DNA of 64,000 nucleotides from an uncultured bacterium (GTDB lineage: Bacteria > Zixibacteria > MSB-5A5 > GN15 > FEB-12), in NCBI GenBank assembly GCA_965372795.1, contig CBDVDR010000009.1:2986-66985 (forward strand). The letters are read 5' to 3'. Below, piece by piece: positions 1 through 9,073 of this stretch; positions within the stretch are counted from its first letter, which is position 1; each line of letters opens with the position of its first letter. The translations under genes and the position numbers were made by a program. Under the pieces are notes generated by a model, which made no database searches, was not told the origin of the DNA, and saw only the letters and a program-made list of their open reading frames with translations.

Positions 1-63
1 CTTTTTATAATCTATCCGATAATAATAATATTGAAATATATCATATTTATAAGGAGAAGCTTT

Positions 64-1110
64 ATGTCATTCAAAAAATTCATCCTTTTGTTTTTTATTA
101 TTATATTTATAGTATCATCAATCACAGCTAAAGAAGCTGTCCCCATGAATAAAGTAAAATTAAACAATATCACCGCCACACCAATTAGACTTGGAAATAC
201 AGCTAATAAAGCAGCCGGAGACCCTTGTATTGTTCGTCATGACAATGGTGATAATGCAACAATGTTTGCCTATCCAAGCTGGGTAATCGGTAATGAATTA
301 TATAAAGAACTATTGGACCCGGGTTCAATTTGCGGTGCAGAAGCTTATCCGTTTACCGTTGAGGAAATTCATTTTTATTGTTACTATGCGGCAGCCTCAA
401 CAGATACTTTTTCCGTTGATGTTGAACTCGCCGATTTTTCCAATCCGGCCTGTACGGCACCGGGAGAATTACTGACGGTCTCTTCAGTTTGGGAAATTGA
501 AATTGCCACTGGCGGACTATGGGATATTGTAATTCCACTTGATACTCCACAGGTTGTCTACGAACCGTTTTTTGTCGGAGCATACATTCATAATAAGATC
601 AATCCTAATATTGGACCGGCTGTTGTTACCGATAGTGCTTATACAATCGAATATTGTACTTCTTTCAATTTATGGGATATGGACACCGGATGGGTTGATT
701 TGAACACCCGTGGGTTTATCGGGCGTGTAATTCTATTTGCTTCGGGTACGATAGGCGGCGATGTTAATCCATGCGGATTTACTGATCTCGATCTGGATGG
801 TATTGGCGATCTTTGTGATAACTGTCCGTCTGTTGCAAATCCCGGTCAAGAGGATTCTAATGCTGATGGTATTGGTGATGTCTGTTGTTGTATTGTCAGG
901 GGTGATTTAAACCATTCTGGAGGGTCGATTCCTTCGGATATAACAGATTTAACTATTTTGATAAATTATATGTTTACAACCAATGGAACAATAGATTGTC
1001 TGGAGGAAGCTGATTACAACGGCGATGGTACGACCGATATATCTGATCTGACTAATATGATTAGCTATATCTTCCAGGGAGGTACTCCGCCGGTTCCGTG
1101 CGGTCTATAA
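64..1110 (+). CDS. Secreted protein with thrombospondin type-3-like Ca-binding repeat and C-terminal dockerin-like domain
   Basis: AGGAG RBS before ATG 64; signal peptide; DLDLDGIGDLCDNCP...QEDSNADGIGDVC repeat; duplicated GDLN..DITDLT / ADYNGDG..DISDLT dockerin motif. Confidence 0.8.
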   Translation: MSFKKFILLFFIIIFIVSSITAKEAVPMNKVKLNNITATPIRLGNTANKAAGDPCIVRHDNGDNATMFAYPSWVIGNELYKELLDPGSICGAEAYPFTVEEIHFYCYYAAASTDTFSVDVELADFSNPACTAPGELLTVSSVWEIEIATGGLWDIVIPLDTPQVVYEPFFVGAYIHNKINPNIGPAVVTDSAYTIEYCTSFNLWDMDTGWVDLNTRGFIGRVILFASGTIGGDVNPCGFTDLDLDGIGDLCDNCPSVANPGQEDSNADGIGDVCCCIVRGDLNHSGGSIPSDITDLTILINYMFTTNGTIDCLEEADYNGDGTTDISDLTNMISYIFQGGTPPVPCGL

Positions 1111-1122
1111 AATTTGAATTTA

Positions 1123-1150
1123 AAAAACCCGCTCTTTAGCGGGTTTTTTT
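1123..1150 (+). terminator. Intrinsic terminator
   Basis: AACCCGCT-CTTT-AGCGGGTT hairpin followed by T-tract. Confidence 0.85.
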
Positions 1151-1195
1151 ATATGTGACGCTTGTAAAATTTCAATCAGACAATTATGATATTAT

Positions 1196-1699
1196 ATGGC
1201 AGTGAAAGAAATCCTTCAATTAGGCAATCCCTTGCTTTACCAAAAATGCTCTGAGATAACCGAAGCTGAGCTTGGACTGGCTATTCAGACCTCAAATGAT
1301 TTACATGATACAATGGAGAAATTCAGAGAAATGTATGGTCGCGGTCGAGCCATTTCCGCACCTCAAATTGGAGTAATGAAACGCCTAATTTATATGAATA
1401 TTGAAAAACCGTTGATTATTATAAACCCTACCCTTTGTGAATTTAGTGATGAAACAATTGAGCTCTGGGACGACTGCATGTCTTTCCCTGATCTGGTGGT
1501 CAAAATCAGGCGCCATAAATTTTGCACTTTAAAATATCTGGATGAAAATTTAAACTGTCAAACTTTGCAGCTTGAAAATGATCTGTCTGAACTAATTCAA
1601 CATGAATATGATCATCTTGATGGCATCCTGGCAATTCAACGAGCAATTGATTCAAAATCGATTGCATACCGTAATCAGATTTTTAAAGACAATCAATAA
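1196..1699 (+). CDS. def: Peptide deformylase (atypical motif variant)
   Basis: ILQLGNPLL, GRAISAPQIG, DDCMS and QHEYDHLDG metal-binding motif. Confidence 0.85.
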   Translation: MAVKEILQLGNPLLYQKCSEITEAELGLAIQTSNDLHDTMEKFREMYGRGRAISAPQIGVMKRLIYMNIEKPLIIINPTLCEFSDETIELWDDCMSFPDLVVKIRRHKFCTLKYLDENLNCQTLQLENDLSELIQHEYDHLDGILAIQRAIDSKSIAYRNQIFKDNQ

Positions 1700-1746
1700 T
1701 CAATTTTATATTGTAGTATTTAGAAATTAACCGATAAATATATAAT

Positions 1747-2940
1747 ATGAAACTTTCATCAAAAATCATGCAAATTCAATCATCAGGATCAATGGCTTTT
1801 TTCAAAAGAGTTCAGGAGCTAAAAGATTCCGGACGACAGATTATCTCTCTGGCAACCGGTGAGCTTGACAGCCCGACTCCTGAAAAAACCAAACAAGCCG
1901 GAATAAAGGCAATTGAAAATAATCAGACCAGATATACTACCAATGAAGGACTCTTAGAATTAAGACAGGAAATTTCCAAAACATTTCTAATTGAAAAAAA
2001 ATTAGAATACTCTCCGGATGAAATCTTAATCACAGCAGGAGCCAAACAGGCAATATACAATTTGCTGGTTACCCTATGTAACAAAGATGACGAAGTCATT
2101 ATTTTTTCACCTTACTACCCCACTTACATCGAACAGGTTAAGTTGTGTGAAGGTCTTCCAAAGATTGTCCCATTATATCCTGAAAACAATTATCAAATCA
2201 ACCAGACCGAATTAGAAAATAATATTTCTGACAAAACAAAAATCATAATTATCAACAGCCCTAATAATCCTACCGGTTCGATTTTTAATTCAAAGTCATT
2301 AGAAATTCTATCAGAATTAGTTATCAAACATAATCTCTGGCTGATCTCAGATGAAATTTATGAAAAGATCATCTTTAAACCTGCAAGTTTCCAAAGCCCG
2401 GCTTCTCTTAATCAAGAGATGAAAAAACGAACTTTAATTGTAAGTGGATTTTCAAAATCTTTTGCTATGACCGGATGGAGACTCGGTTATTGTGTTGGCG
2501 ACAGAGATATTATCAGCAAAGCCGCACTTGTACAATCCCATACTACTTCCAATGCCTGTACTATCTCTCAATATGCTGCTCTGACGGCTCTAAGAGCAGA
2601 TTCTGACTATATCAAGACGCTTTTACCGGAACTTGAGCAAAAAAGAAACTTAGTTTCTTTAATTTTAAATCCCATTTTACCACCCAATCAGCAAAAACCA
2701 TCAGGCGCTTTTTATTTCTTAATACCCATAATCGCTCTTGACGAATCACCAAATAATTCTGATTTTAGTTCTTCTTCAGATTTTGCAAATTATCTTCTGG
2801 AGAATTATGATGTTGCAGTCGTTCCCGGGGATGCTTTTGGAGCGCCGAATTATCTTCGTATTTCTTTTGCGGCTTCGTTAAAAGATATCGAAATTGGTTG
2901 CCAAAGGATTCTCAAAGGAATTGAACAAATTTCGAAATAA
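1747..2940 (+). CDS. PLP-dependent class I/II aminotransferase (aspartate aminotransferase-like)
   Basis: NSPNNPTG, ISDEIYE, SGFSKSFAMTGWRLGY PLP-lysine motif. Confidence 0.92.
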   Translation: MKLSSKIMQIQSSGSMAFFKRVQELKDSGRQIISLATGELDSPTPEKTKQAGIKAIENNQTRYTTNEGLLELRQEISKTFLIEKKLEYSPDEILITAGAKQAIYNLLVTLCNKDDEVIIFSPYYPTYIEQVKLCEGLPKIVPLYPENNYQINQTELENNISDKTKIIIINSPNNPTGSIFNSKSLEILSELVIKHNLWLISDEIYEKIIFKPASFQSPASLNQEMKKRTLIVSGFSKSFAMTGWRLGYCVGDRDIISKAALVQSHTTSNACTISQYAALTALRADSDYIKTLLPELEQKRNLVSLILNPILPPNQQKPSGAFYFLIPIIALDESPNNSDFSSSSDFANYLLENYDVAVVPGDAFGAPNYLRISFAASLKDIEIGCQRILKGIEQISK

Positions 2941-2984
2941 TTTGTTATATTACAATTAGGAAAAATAATTTAGGAGCTTGTTTG

Positions 2985-3299
2985 ATGCCGACATATCAAT
3001 ATCAATGCAATGAGTGCAAAGACGAATTTGAAGAATTTCAGTCAATGGTCGAACCCGCCTTGGAAAATTGTACCAAATGCGGCGGTAAAGTTCGCCGTTT
3101 GATCTCCGGTGGTGCCGGATTTCTATTTAAAGGTTCCGGTTTTTATATTACCGACTATCGCAACTCAAATTACAAAAAAGATTCTGCCATGGATAATTCC
3201 AGTGGAACATCAGCCACTTCTAAAACAAATAACAAAAGTTCTTCAGCCTCAAAATCTACGGTTAAAGCTCCTGCATCAAAACCTTCAAACAATAGTTAA
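2985..3299 (+). CDS. FmdB-family zinc-ribbon regulatory protein
   Basis: MPTYQYQCxxC...CxxCGG...FKGSGFYITDY, low-complexity Ser/Lys tail. Confidence 0.9.
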   Translation: MPTYQYQCNECKDEFEEFQSMVEPALENCTKCGGKVRRLISGGAGFLFKGSGFYITDYRNSNYKKDSAMDNSSGTSATSKTNNKSSSASKSTVKAPASKPSNNS

Positions 3300-3315
3300 C
3301 TGATTTGGGGATACT

Positions 3316-4680
3316 ATGGATAGTGCCCTTCTAAACGAATTATCAAAAAGTCTCACTACTTCGAAATCTCTGATAACTGATTTATCGGACTACGAAAAAT
3401 ATTTCCATGACGCCACCGATCATTTTGGGATACCTGATGCTATTCTCATGGCAGAATGTGAAACTGATATTATTGAGACAATAAATTTTTGTAAAATAAA
3501 TAAACTTAAGGTTGTCCCCCGAGGAGCCGGAACCGGACTTTCGGGTGGATGTGTGGCAATAGAAGGCGGGATTTTAATCTCAACTGAGAGAATTGACCAT
3601 ATAAATATTATTCCTGAAAAAAAAATAGCCGTTTGCGGGGTTGGAGTCATTACCAAAGATTTAGTAGATACTGCTGAAAAAATATGTCTGACCTATCCCC
3701 CGGACCCGGCAAGTTTCGATGAATCTACTTTGGGAGGAAATATTGCTGAAAATGCCGGCGGACTGCGGTGTAAAAAATATGGTGTCACCCGTGATTATGT
3801 ACTGGGTATGCGCGGTATTACTATTGATGGCGAAATTATCCTGACAGGCTGTTACAATAACTATCAGGGCTTTAATCTTAATGATCTTTTCATCGGTTCT
3901 GAAGGTACTTTACTAATTATCACTGAAATCACCGTCAGCCTGATCGAAACCCCATTAATAGGTGATACTATCTTAGCCGCTTTTTCAAACGCCGAAGATG
4001 GCGCCCAAACCGTATCTTCCATAATCCAAAATGGAATAATACCGGTCGTAATGGAATTTCTAGATGGCGATGCTGCAGAGTGTTCTAACCAGTATGAAAA
4101 AACCGAAGGGCTTGATAAAGCCGGGGCTATCCTGCTTTTTGAAACCTCGCCGGAAGATTCCAGCCAATCTCAAAAGATCGAAAAACTCTGCAATTCTAAC
4201 AATGCGACCATGATTCGCATCGAAAATGAGCCGGGAAAAGTTGATCAATTATGGAAAGTCAGAAGAAACCTTTCCAAAGCTTCAAAAGCAATTGCTAAAG
4301 TCAGAATTTCAGAAGATGTTGTCGTCCCTGTTTCAAAATTACCTGAACTGGTAAAATTTGTTGCCAAGATGAATGAAGCAAGTCCGGTTTGGATTAACTC
4401 GTTCGGCCACGCCGGAGATGGTAATTTGCATGTTAATTTTCTGTCTCAAAATAAATCCGAGGAAATTTTAGCGGAAATTCAGACGCAAATTGAAAATCTA
4501 ATGACAAAAACACTCGAATTAGGCGGTTCACTCTCCGGCGAGCATGGAATTGGCATCGAAAAGAAAAAATTTCTACCTTTTGAATTCAATAAATCTACTA
4601 TAAAATCTATGATAAACTTCAAAGAGGTCTTTGATCCCGAAAATCTTCTTAATCCCGAAAAAATATTTAAAATAATTTAA
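3316..4680 (+). CDS. FAD-linked oxidase, GlcD / D-lactate dehydrogenase family
   Basis: PRGAGTGLSGG, YPPDPAS, GHAGDGNLH, SGEHGIG, DPENLLNPEK. Confidence 0.9.
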   Translation: MDSALLNELSKSLTTSKSLITDLSDYEKYFHDATDHFGIPDAILMAECETDIIETINFCKINKLKVVPRGAGTGLSGGCVAIEGGILISTERIDHINIIPEKKIAVCGVGVITKDLVDTAEKICLTYPPDPASFDESTLGGNIAENAGGLRCKKYGVTRDYVLGMRGITIDGEIILTGCYNNYQGFNLNDLFIGSEGTLLIITEITVSLIETPLIGDTILAAFSNAEDGAQTVSSIIQNGIIPVVMEFLDGDAAECSNQYEKTEGLDKAGAILLFETSPEDSSQSQKIEKLCNSNNATMIRIENEPGKVDQLWKVRRNLSKASKAIAKVRISEDVVVPVSKLPELVKFVAKMNEASPVWINSFGHAGDGNLHVNFLSQNKSEEILAEIQTQIENLMTKTLELGGSLSGEHGIGIEKKKFLPFEFNKSTIKSMINFKEVFDPENLLNPEKIFKII

Positions 4681-4709
4681 AAAAATAGGTCAGAATAGCC
4701 ACCCTATTC

Positions 4710-4765
4710 TTGACAAATTGTGAAATTTTTCTTAAACTACTAATCAATGTGAAACATTTCACATT
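4710..4765 (+). promoter_or_regulatory. Sigma70 promoter of citrate synthase with two TGTGA-N6-TCACA-type (Rex/CRP-like) boxes
   Basis: TTGACA (4710-4715), 17-nt spacer, TAAACT (4733-4738); palindrome AATGTGAAA-CA-TTTCACATT at 4746-4765; partial box TTGTGAAATTTTTCTTAA at 4718-4735. Confidence 0.7.
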
Positions 4766-4811
4766 TTTGCTGAGAGTACTTTGTTTTATTTTTAACATAA
4801 AGGAGCCTATA

Positions 4812-6095
4812 ATGGCGACGGCAAAAACTTTGAAACAAACTCTGGGTGACATGATTCCAAAACTCAGAGATGAAAGAATGAAACTGATGAAAGCTTCCGG
4901 AGATAAAAAAATCTCTGAAGTTTCAGTTGCACAAGCTATCGGCGGAATGCGCGGAGTTAAAGGAATGGTCTGCGACACATCTGTTGTTGAACCGGACAAA
5001 GGATTAATTATCCGCGGTATTCATGCTCTTAAATTAACTGAGAAACTTCCGGAAGAAATTTTCTGGTTGTTGATCACAGGCAAAATGCCAACCGCTGGCG
5101 AATTGGCATTATTCCAGAAGGAACTTAAATCTTACGGTGAAGTTCCAAAATATATCTGGAAAGTTCTTAAAGCTATGCCAAAAACTTCTCATCCAATGGC
5201 TATGCTGGACACAGCAATTTTGGCTATGGAAAATGAATCAATTTTCCGCAAACGCTATACCGAAGGTATGAAAAAACAGGATTATTGGGAACCAGCCCTT
5301 GAAGATTCTATGAAGATCATGGCTACTATCCATACCATCGCCGCAGGACTGTATCGAATGAAATATAAAAAAGGCGATATGATTGAACCATCCAAAAAAT
5401 TGGATTGGGGAGCCGACTTCGCTCGCATGCTTGGTTTAGCTCCGAAAAAAGGTATCACAGCTAAAATGATGCGTCTCTATCTCGTTCTGCATTCTGACCA
5501 TGAAGGTGGAAACGTTTCCGCTAACACCTGTCATACAGTTGGTTCTGCTCTATCTGATCCTTACTACGCTGTTTCTGCCGGTCTGAATGGTCTTGCCGGT
5601 CCTTTACATGGTCTGGCTAATCAGGAATGTTTAGGTTGGGTCCTCGAAACTATGAAGAAATTCAACGGCGCTCCGACTGAAAAACAAATCCGCGACTATG
5701 CCTGGGAAACTCTCAATAGCGGCAAAGTCATTCCGGGTTACGGTCACGCTGTTCTTCGTGTTACCGATCCTCGTTTCACAGCTTTCAACGCTTTTGGTCG
5801 TAAACATATGGCAAAAGATCCGGTCTTCCAGACTGTTGATCGCGTTTTCCGCATTGTACCAAAAGTTCTTAAAGAGCATGGCAAAGCCAAGAATCCTTGG
5901 CCGAATGTTGATGCCGGTTCTGGAGCCTTACTGTATCATTACGGTATTACTGAATTTGAATATTATACCGTTCTCTTCTCAGTCTCCCGTGCCATGGGTA
6001 TGTTGTCTCAGTTAGTGCTTAACCGCGCTATGGGCACAGCTATCACCCGTCCGAAATCGGTCAGCACTCAGTGGCTGAAAAAAACTGTTAAATAG
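4812..6095 (+). CDS. gltA: Citrate synthase, eukaryote-like (Geobacter-type) subfamily
   Basis: AGGAG RBS before ATG 4812; LHSDHEGGNVSA, GLNGLAGPLHGLANQE, PGYGHAVLRVTDPRF, KNPWPNVDA. Confidence 0.92.
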   Translation: MATAKTLKQTLGDMIPKLRDERMKLMKASGDKKISEVSVAQAIGGMRGVKGMVCDTSVVEPDKGLIIRGIHALKLTEKLPEEIFWLLITGKMPTAGELALFQKELKSYGEVPKYIWKVLKAMPKTSHPMAMLDTAILAMENESIFRKRYTEGMKKQDYWEPALEDSMKIMATIHTIAAGLYRMKYKKGDMIEPSKKLDWGADFARMLGLAPKKGITAKMMRLYLVLHSDHEGGNVSANTCHTVGSALSDPYYAVSAGLNGLAGPLHGLANQECLGWVLETMKKFNGAPTEKQIRDYAWETLNSGKVIPGYGHAVLRVTDPRFTAFNAFGRKHMAKDPVFQTVDRVFRIVPKVLKEHGKAKNPWPNVDAGSGALLYHYGITEFEYYTVLFSVSRAMGMLSQLVLNRAMGTAITRPKSVSTQWLKKTVK

Positions 6096-6117
6096 TTTAT
6101 TACTTTTTAGCATATAA

Positions 6118-6148
6118 TAAAAGGCGGTTCATCTGAACCGCCTTTTTT
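6118..6148 (+). terminator. Intrinsic terminator
   Basis: AAAAGGCGGTTCA-TC-TGAACCGCCTTTTTT. Confidence 0.85.
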
Positions 6149-6223
6149 GTTTGCGTTTAATTTCACTTCACATTATGTTGAAATATGATGGGCTAAGCAG
6201 GTCATTTTGCAAATGAGGAGATT

Positions 6224-7030
6224 ATGAAAAAGAATATTCTAGCGTGGTGTGGCGTTGCATTTGGTATCATTGGTTTCGGTTTTGCTCTTTATTCTCATTA
6301 TGATAATAAATATGAAAAAAGACCAACATTCTATGTCGAACCTCTTCGCACTGAGATCATAAACCGAGATCGTATCTCTGACACTCCGATTAAAGTTTTT
6401 ACTGAAGCTGGCAGAGAAGTCACTTCAGACTTAACTTCCGTTATACTATATTTTTGGAATGCAGGGAAAAAGCCAATAAAATTGAGTGATATTCATGAAG
6501 ATATTGAAATTCAAATAATGGACAGTAACGCTACAATTATTGATTTTGCCCCGCTTAAGAGACCTCTAAAGGAAATAACTAAATTCAGGTTCGTTAGAGA
6601 TTCTTTAAGACACTATCCAACAATTAAAGTAGATTTTCATCTATTGGAACATAATCAGGGCGCAACTTACCAGGTTCTATATGAAGGTGATCCAAAAGCT
6701 AAAATATTAATTGAAGGATATATTGAAGAAACTAATGGGCATATAACAAACAATTCTATAATTGATAATTCTCCAGACTATTTTTCTATAATAATTCTCT
6801 GTTTATTGCTTGCTGGTTGTTTTTACGTTGTTAAACAAATAGCAGAAAAATTCGAAAAGAAATTTGAGAACAAATCATATTATAAATATATTAAAGATGT
6901 AACTGCAATCATTTTAATTATTTCATTTTTTTCCCTATTTATTTTCATCGCAAATTTATATTTTACATATATCAATCCCGATATTGAAGATAAAATCCCA
7001 CAAGCTCTTCAAATTATCGAGAAAGAGTAA
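6224..7030 (+). CDS. Hypothetical membrane protein (N-terminal TM, two C-terminal TM segments)
   Basis: GAGGAG RBS; 268-aa ORF with three hydrophobic segments; no recognisable family. Confidence 0.65.
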   Translation: MKKNILAWCGVAFGIIGFGFALYSHYDNKYEKRPTFYVEPLRTEIINRDRISDTPIKVFTEAGREVTSDLTSVILYFWNAGKKPIKLSDIHEDIEIQIMDSNATIIDFAPLKRPLKEITKFRFVRDSLRHYPTIKVDFHLLEHNQGATYQVLYEGDPKAKILIEGYIEETNGHITNNSIIDNSPDYFSIIILCLLLAGCFYVVKQIAEKFEKKFENKSYYKYIKDVTAIILIISFFSLFIFIANLYFTYINPDIEDKIPQALQIIEKE

Positions 7031-9029
7031 TCTCAACCCCTGCCCCGCCTAATTGACTTTCTGTTACCTTGACCTCGCCCCCGAGTTCAGAAATTATTTT
7101 ATAAACAGTCGGCAGCCCCAAGCCCGTGCCGGCTTCTTTGGTTGTAAAATATGGCGTAAAGACTTTGTCGTAATTCTCTTTCGGAATCCCCGGACCGTTG
7201 TCCTCAAATTTGATCATTACCTTGTCATCTTTTCCAAATGCAGAAATTGAAATCTTTTTCTCAGGTTGATTATCAAACGCCTCTTTGGCATTATTAAAAA
7301 GATTCGACAAAACTTTCTGCAAATCGTCCGGGTTCATTTCAACTGACAAGTCGGTTCCGATATTTGCAATAATATCTATTTGTAACTTTTCCGCTTCCGG
7401 TAAAATAAAACTAACAAATTCTTCCATCAACTTGCTAAGATCAATCTTTTCAAACTTTACCTGGCGATCTTTTGCCAGAGCTAAAAATTTTGTAATAATT
7501 TCATTAAGCCTCATCGTCTCACTTCGAATCTGCTTGGTAAACGAAACAAATTCCTCACTATTCTCCTGCGGCTTAAATTCTCCGGCTAATCTTTGGGCGG
7601 CAATCGAAATTGTATTCAATGGGTTCCGAATCTCATGAGCAACTCCGGCGGCAAGATCACCCATTTCCGATAGCCGTTCTTTGCGAGCAGCCTCTTTTTC
7701 AAAATTCTTCATCCGGGTGATATTATAAATAACAACAATTGTGCTATTATCTTTGCTATCAGAACTTAACTGTGAAGCAGAAACCAGTAATGTTTTCTGC
7801 TCACCGCCAAAAATGTTGGTTGTCTCCGAATCACCTTCAACACTGGAGAGTTCAATAATATTAGATAAAAGTTTATCATTCGGGGGAATAAGTTTGCTCC
7901 ACTTATTTCCAATGCAATCCTTTTTCCCGATAATACGATCAAATGAATTATTACAAAGGGTTATTGTGCCGGAATTATCTATAACCGCTACCCCGGTTCG
8001 CATTTCTTCAAATATTTTATCAGTAATTGATTTTATCTGTTTGTACTGTCGGCTAAGTTCTTTGCGTTTAACCCGCCCGCTTAGATACAATACAACAACT
8101 AACAATAATCCAAACAAAATCACCGATACCGTTATCATCTGGAAATCAAAACCGCGTGAAACCGAATAATAGCCATCCAATGATAATCCCACCCTGAACA
8201 ACCCGATTGGATAATTGTCGATTGTAAAAGGTCGCACTAACTCTAAAACATTTTTCTCTTGAAATTCAAAAATCCGGTTTGAGATTGTATCCTGTTTGAG
8301 AGCTTGTTGCAAAAAAGGATCTGATTCAATGGCAAGGATATCTCCCGGTTTCTCAGATGCAAAAATAATCCCTTCATTGGTTTGATATAAAATATACTCA
8401 ACCCCTTTTTCACGGGACATATTCTGGATCAAAAAACCGATTTGAGTTTCACTTAAGGCACTAATATAATACTGGGCATCAATCGCTAATGCGATGACAT
8501 GTTCAAGATCATTAGTTAATTCCAAATAATAATGGACGGCATCTCCCGGCGTGTCGCCTTGTTCAAGTAACAGAAAATAATTTGTCTCCTGATTTTCAAA
8601 AAGTTCCTCTACTTCACCATAGACAAATTCCGGAAGCTGTGATCTTATGCCTCCGGCTATTCCGGCAGTTATCAAATCTGAGTTCTTATCAAAGATGGAA
8701 ACCGAAAAAAGATTATGATTTAATGCAAAACGAACCAATTCCTGTTCGTCCGACTTGTAATCAATAGTCACAATTTCAACCGTTAGTTCATTGAATCTTT
8801 TCTGGAGGAGTAATTCATAAAATGATTCAGAGATAATAGCATTTTCTGCTGCCTGTGCCAAAGCTTCGGTAAAGGCTGTTCCCTGGGAGGTCAGAAGTTT
8901 CAGACTGTCGGAACGGCTTTCTTTAATGACAAACCAGGTCGATAAAATTACAATCACAGCAAATGTCACCACTACGGCAAAAATAAATCTGTGACTCGCA
9001 CCAGATGATGTCTTGGAATATTCAGACAT
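7014..9029 (-). CDS. Membrane sensor histidine kinase with PAS-like domain (NtrB/AtoS-like)
   Basis: Two TM segments; H-box AHEIRNPL; N-box NLFNNA; DNGPG; FTPYFTTK; GTGLGL. Confidence 0.92.
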   Translation of the reverse strand: MSEYSKTSSGASHRFIFAVVVTFAVIVILSTWFVIKESRSDSLKLLTSQGTAFTEALAQAAENAIISESFYELLLQKRFNELTVEIVTIDYKSDEQELVRFALNHNLFSVSIFDKNSDLITAGIAGGIRSQLPEFVYGEVEELFENQETNYFLLLEQGDTPGDAVHYYLELTNDLEHVIALAIDAQYYISALSETQIGFLIQNMSREKGVEYILYQTNEGIIFASEKPGDILAIESDPFLQQALKQDTISNRIFEFQEKNVLELVRPFTIDNYPIGLFRVGLSLDGYYSVSRGFDFQMITVSVILFGLLLVVVLYLSGRVKRKELSRQYKQIKSITDKIFEEMRTGVAVIDNSGTITLCNNSFDRIIGKKDCIGNKWSKLIPPNDKLLSNIIELSSVEGDSETTNIFGGEQKTLLVSASQLSSDSKDNSTIVVIYNITRMKNFEKEAARKERLSEMGDLAAGVAHEIRNPLNTISIAAQRLAGEFKPQENSEEFVSFTKQIRSETMRLNEIITKFLALAKDRQVKFEKIDLSKLMEEFVSFILPEAEKLQIDIIANIGTDLSVEMNPDDLQKVLSNLFNNAKEAFDNQPEKKISISAFGKDDKVMIKFEDNGPGIPKENYDKVFTPYFTTKEAGTGLGLPTVYKIISELGGEVKVTESQLGGAGVEITLSR

Positions 9030-9073
9030 AATGACAAGCTATTTTATGACAGGCTCAATCGCAATTAAAAAAA

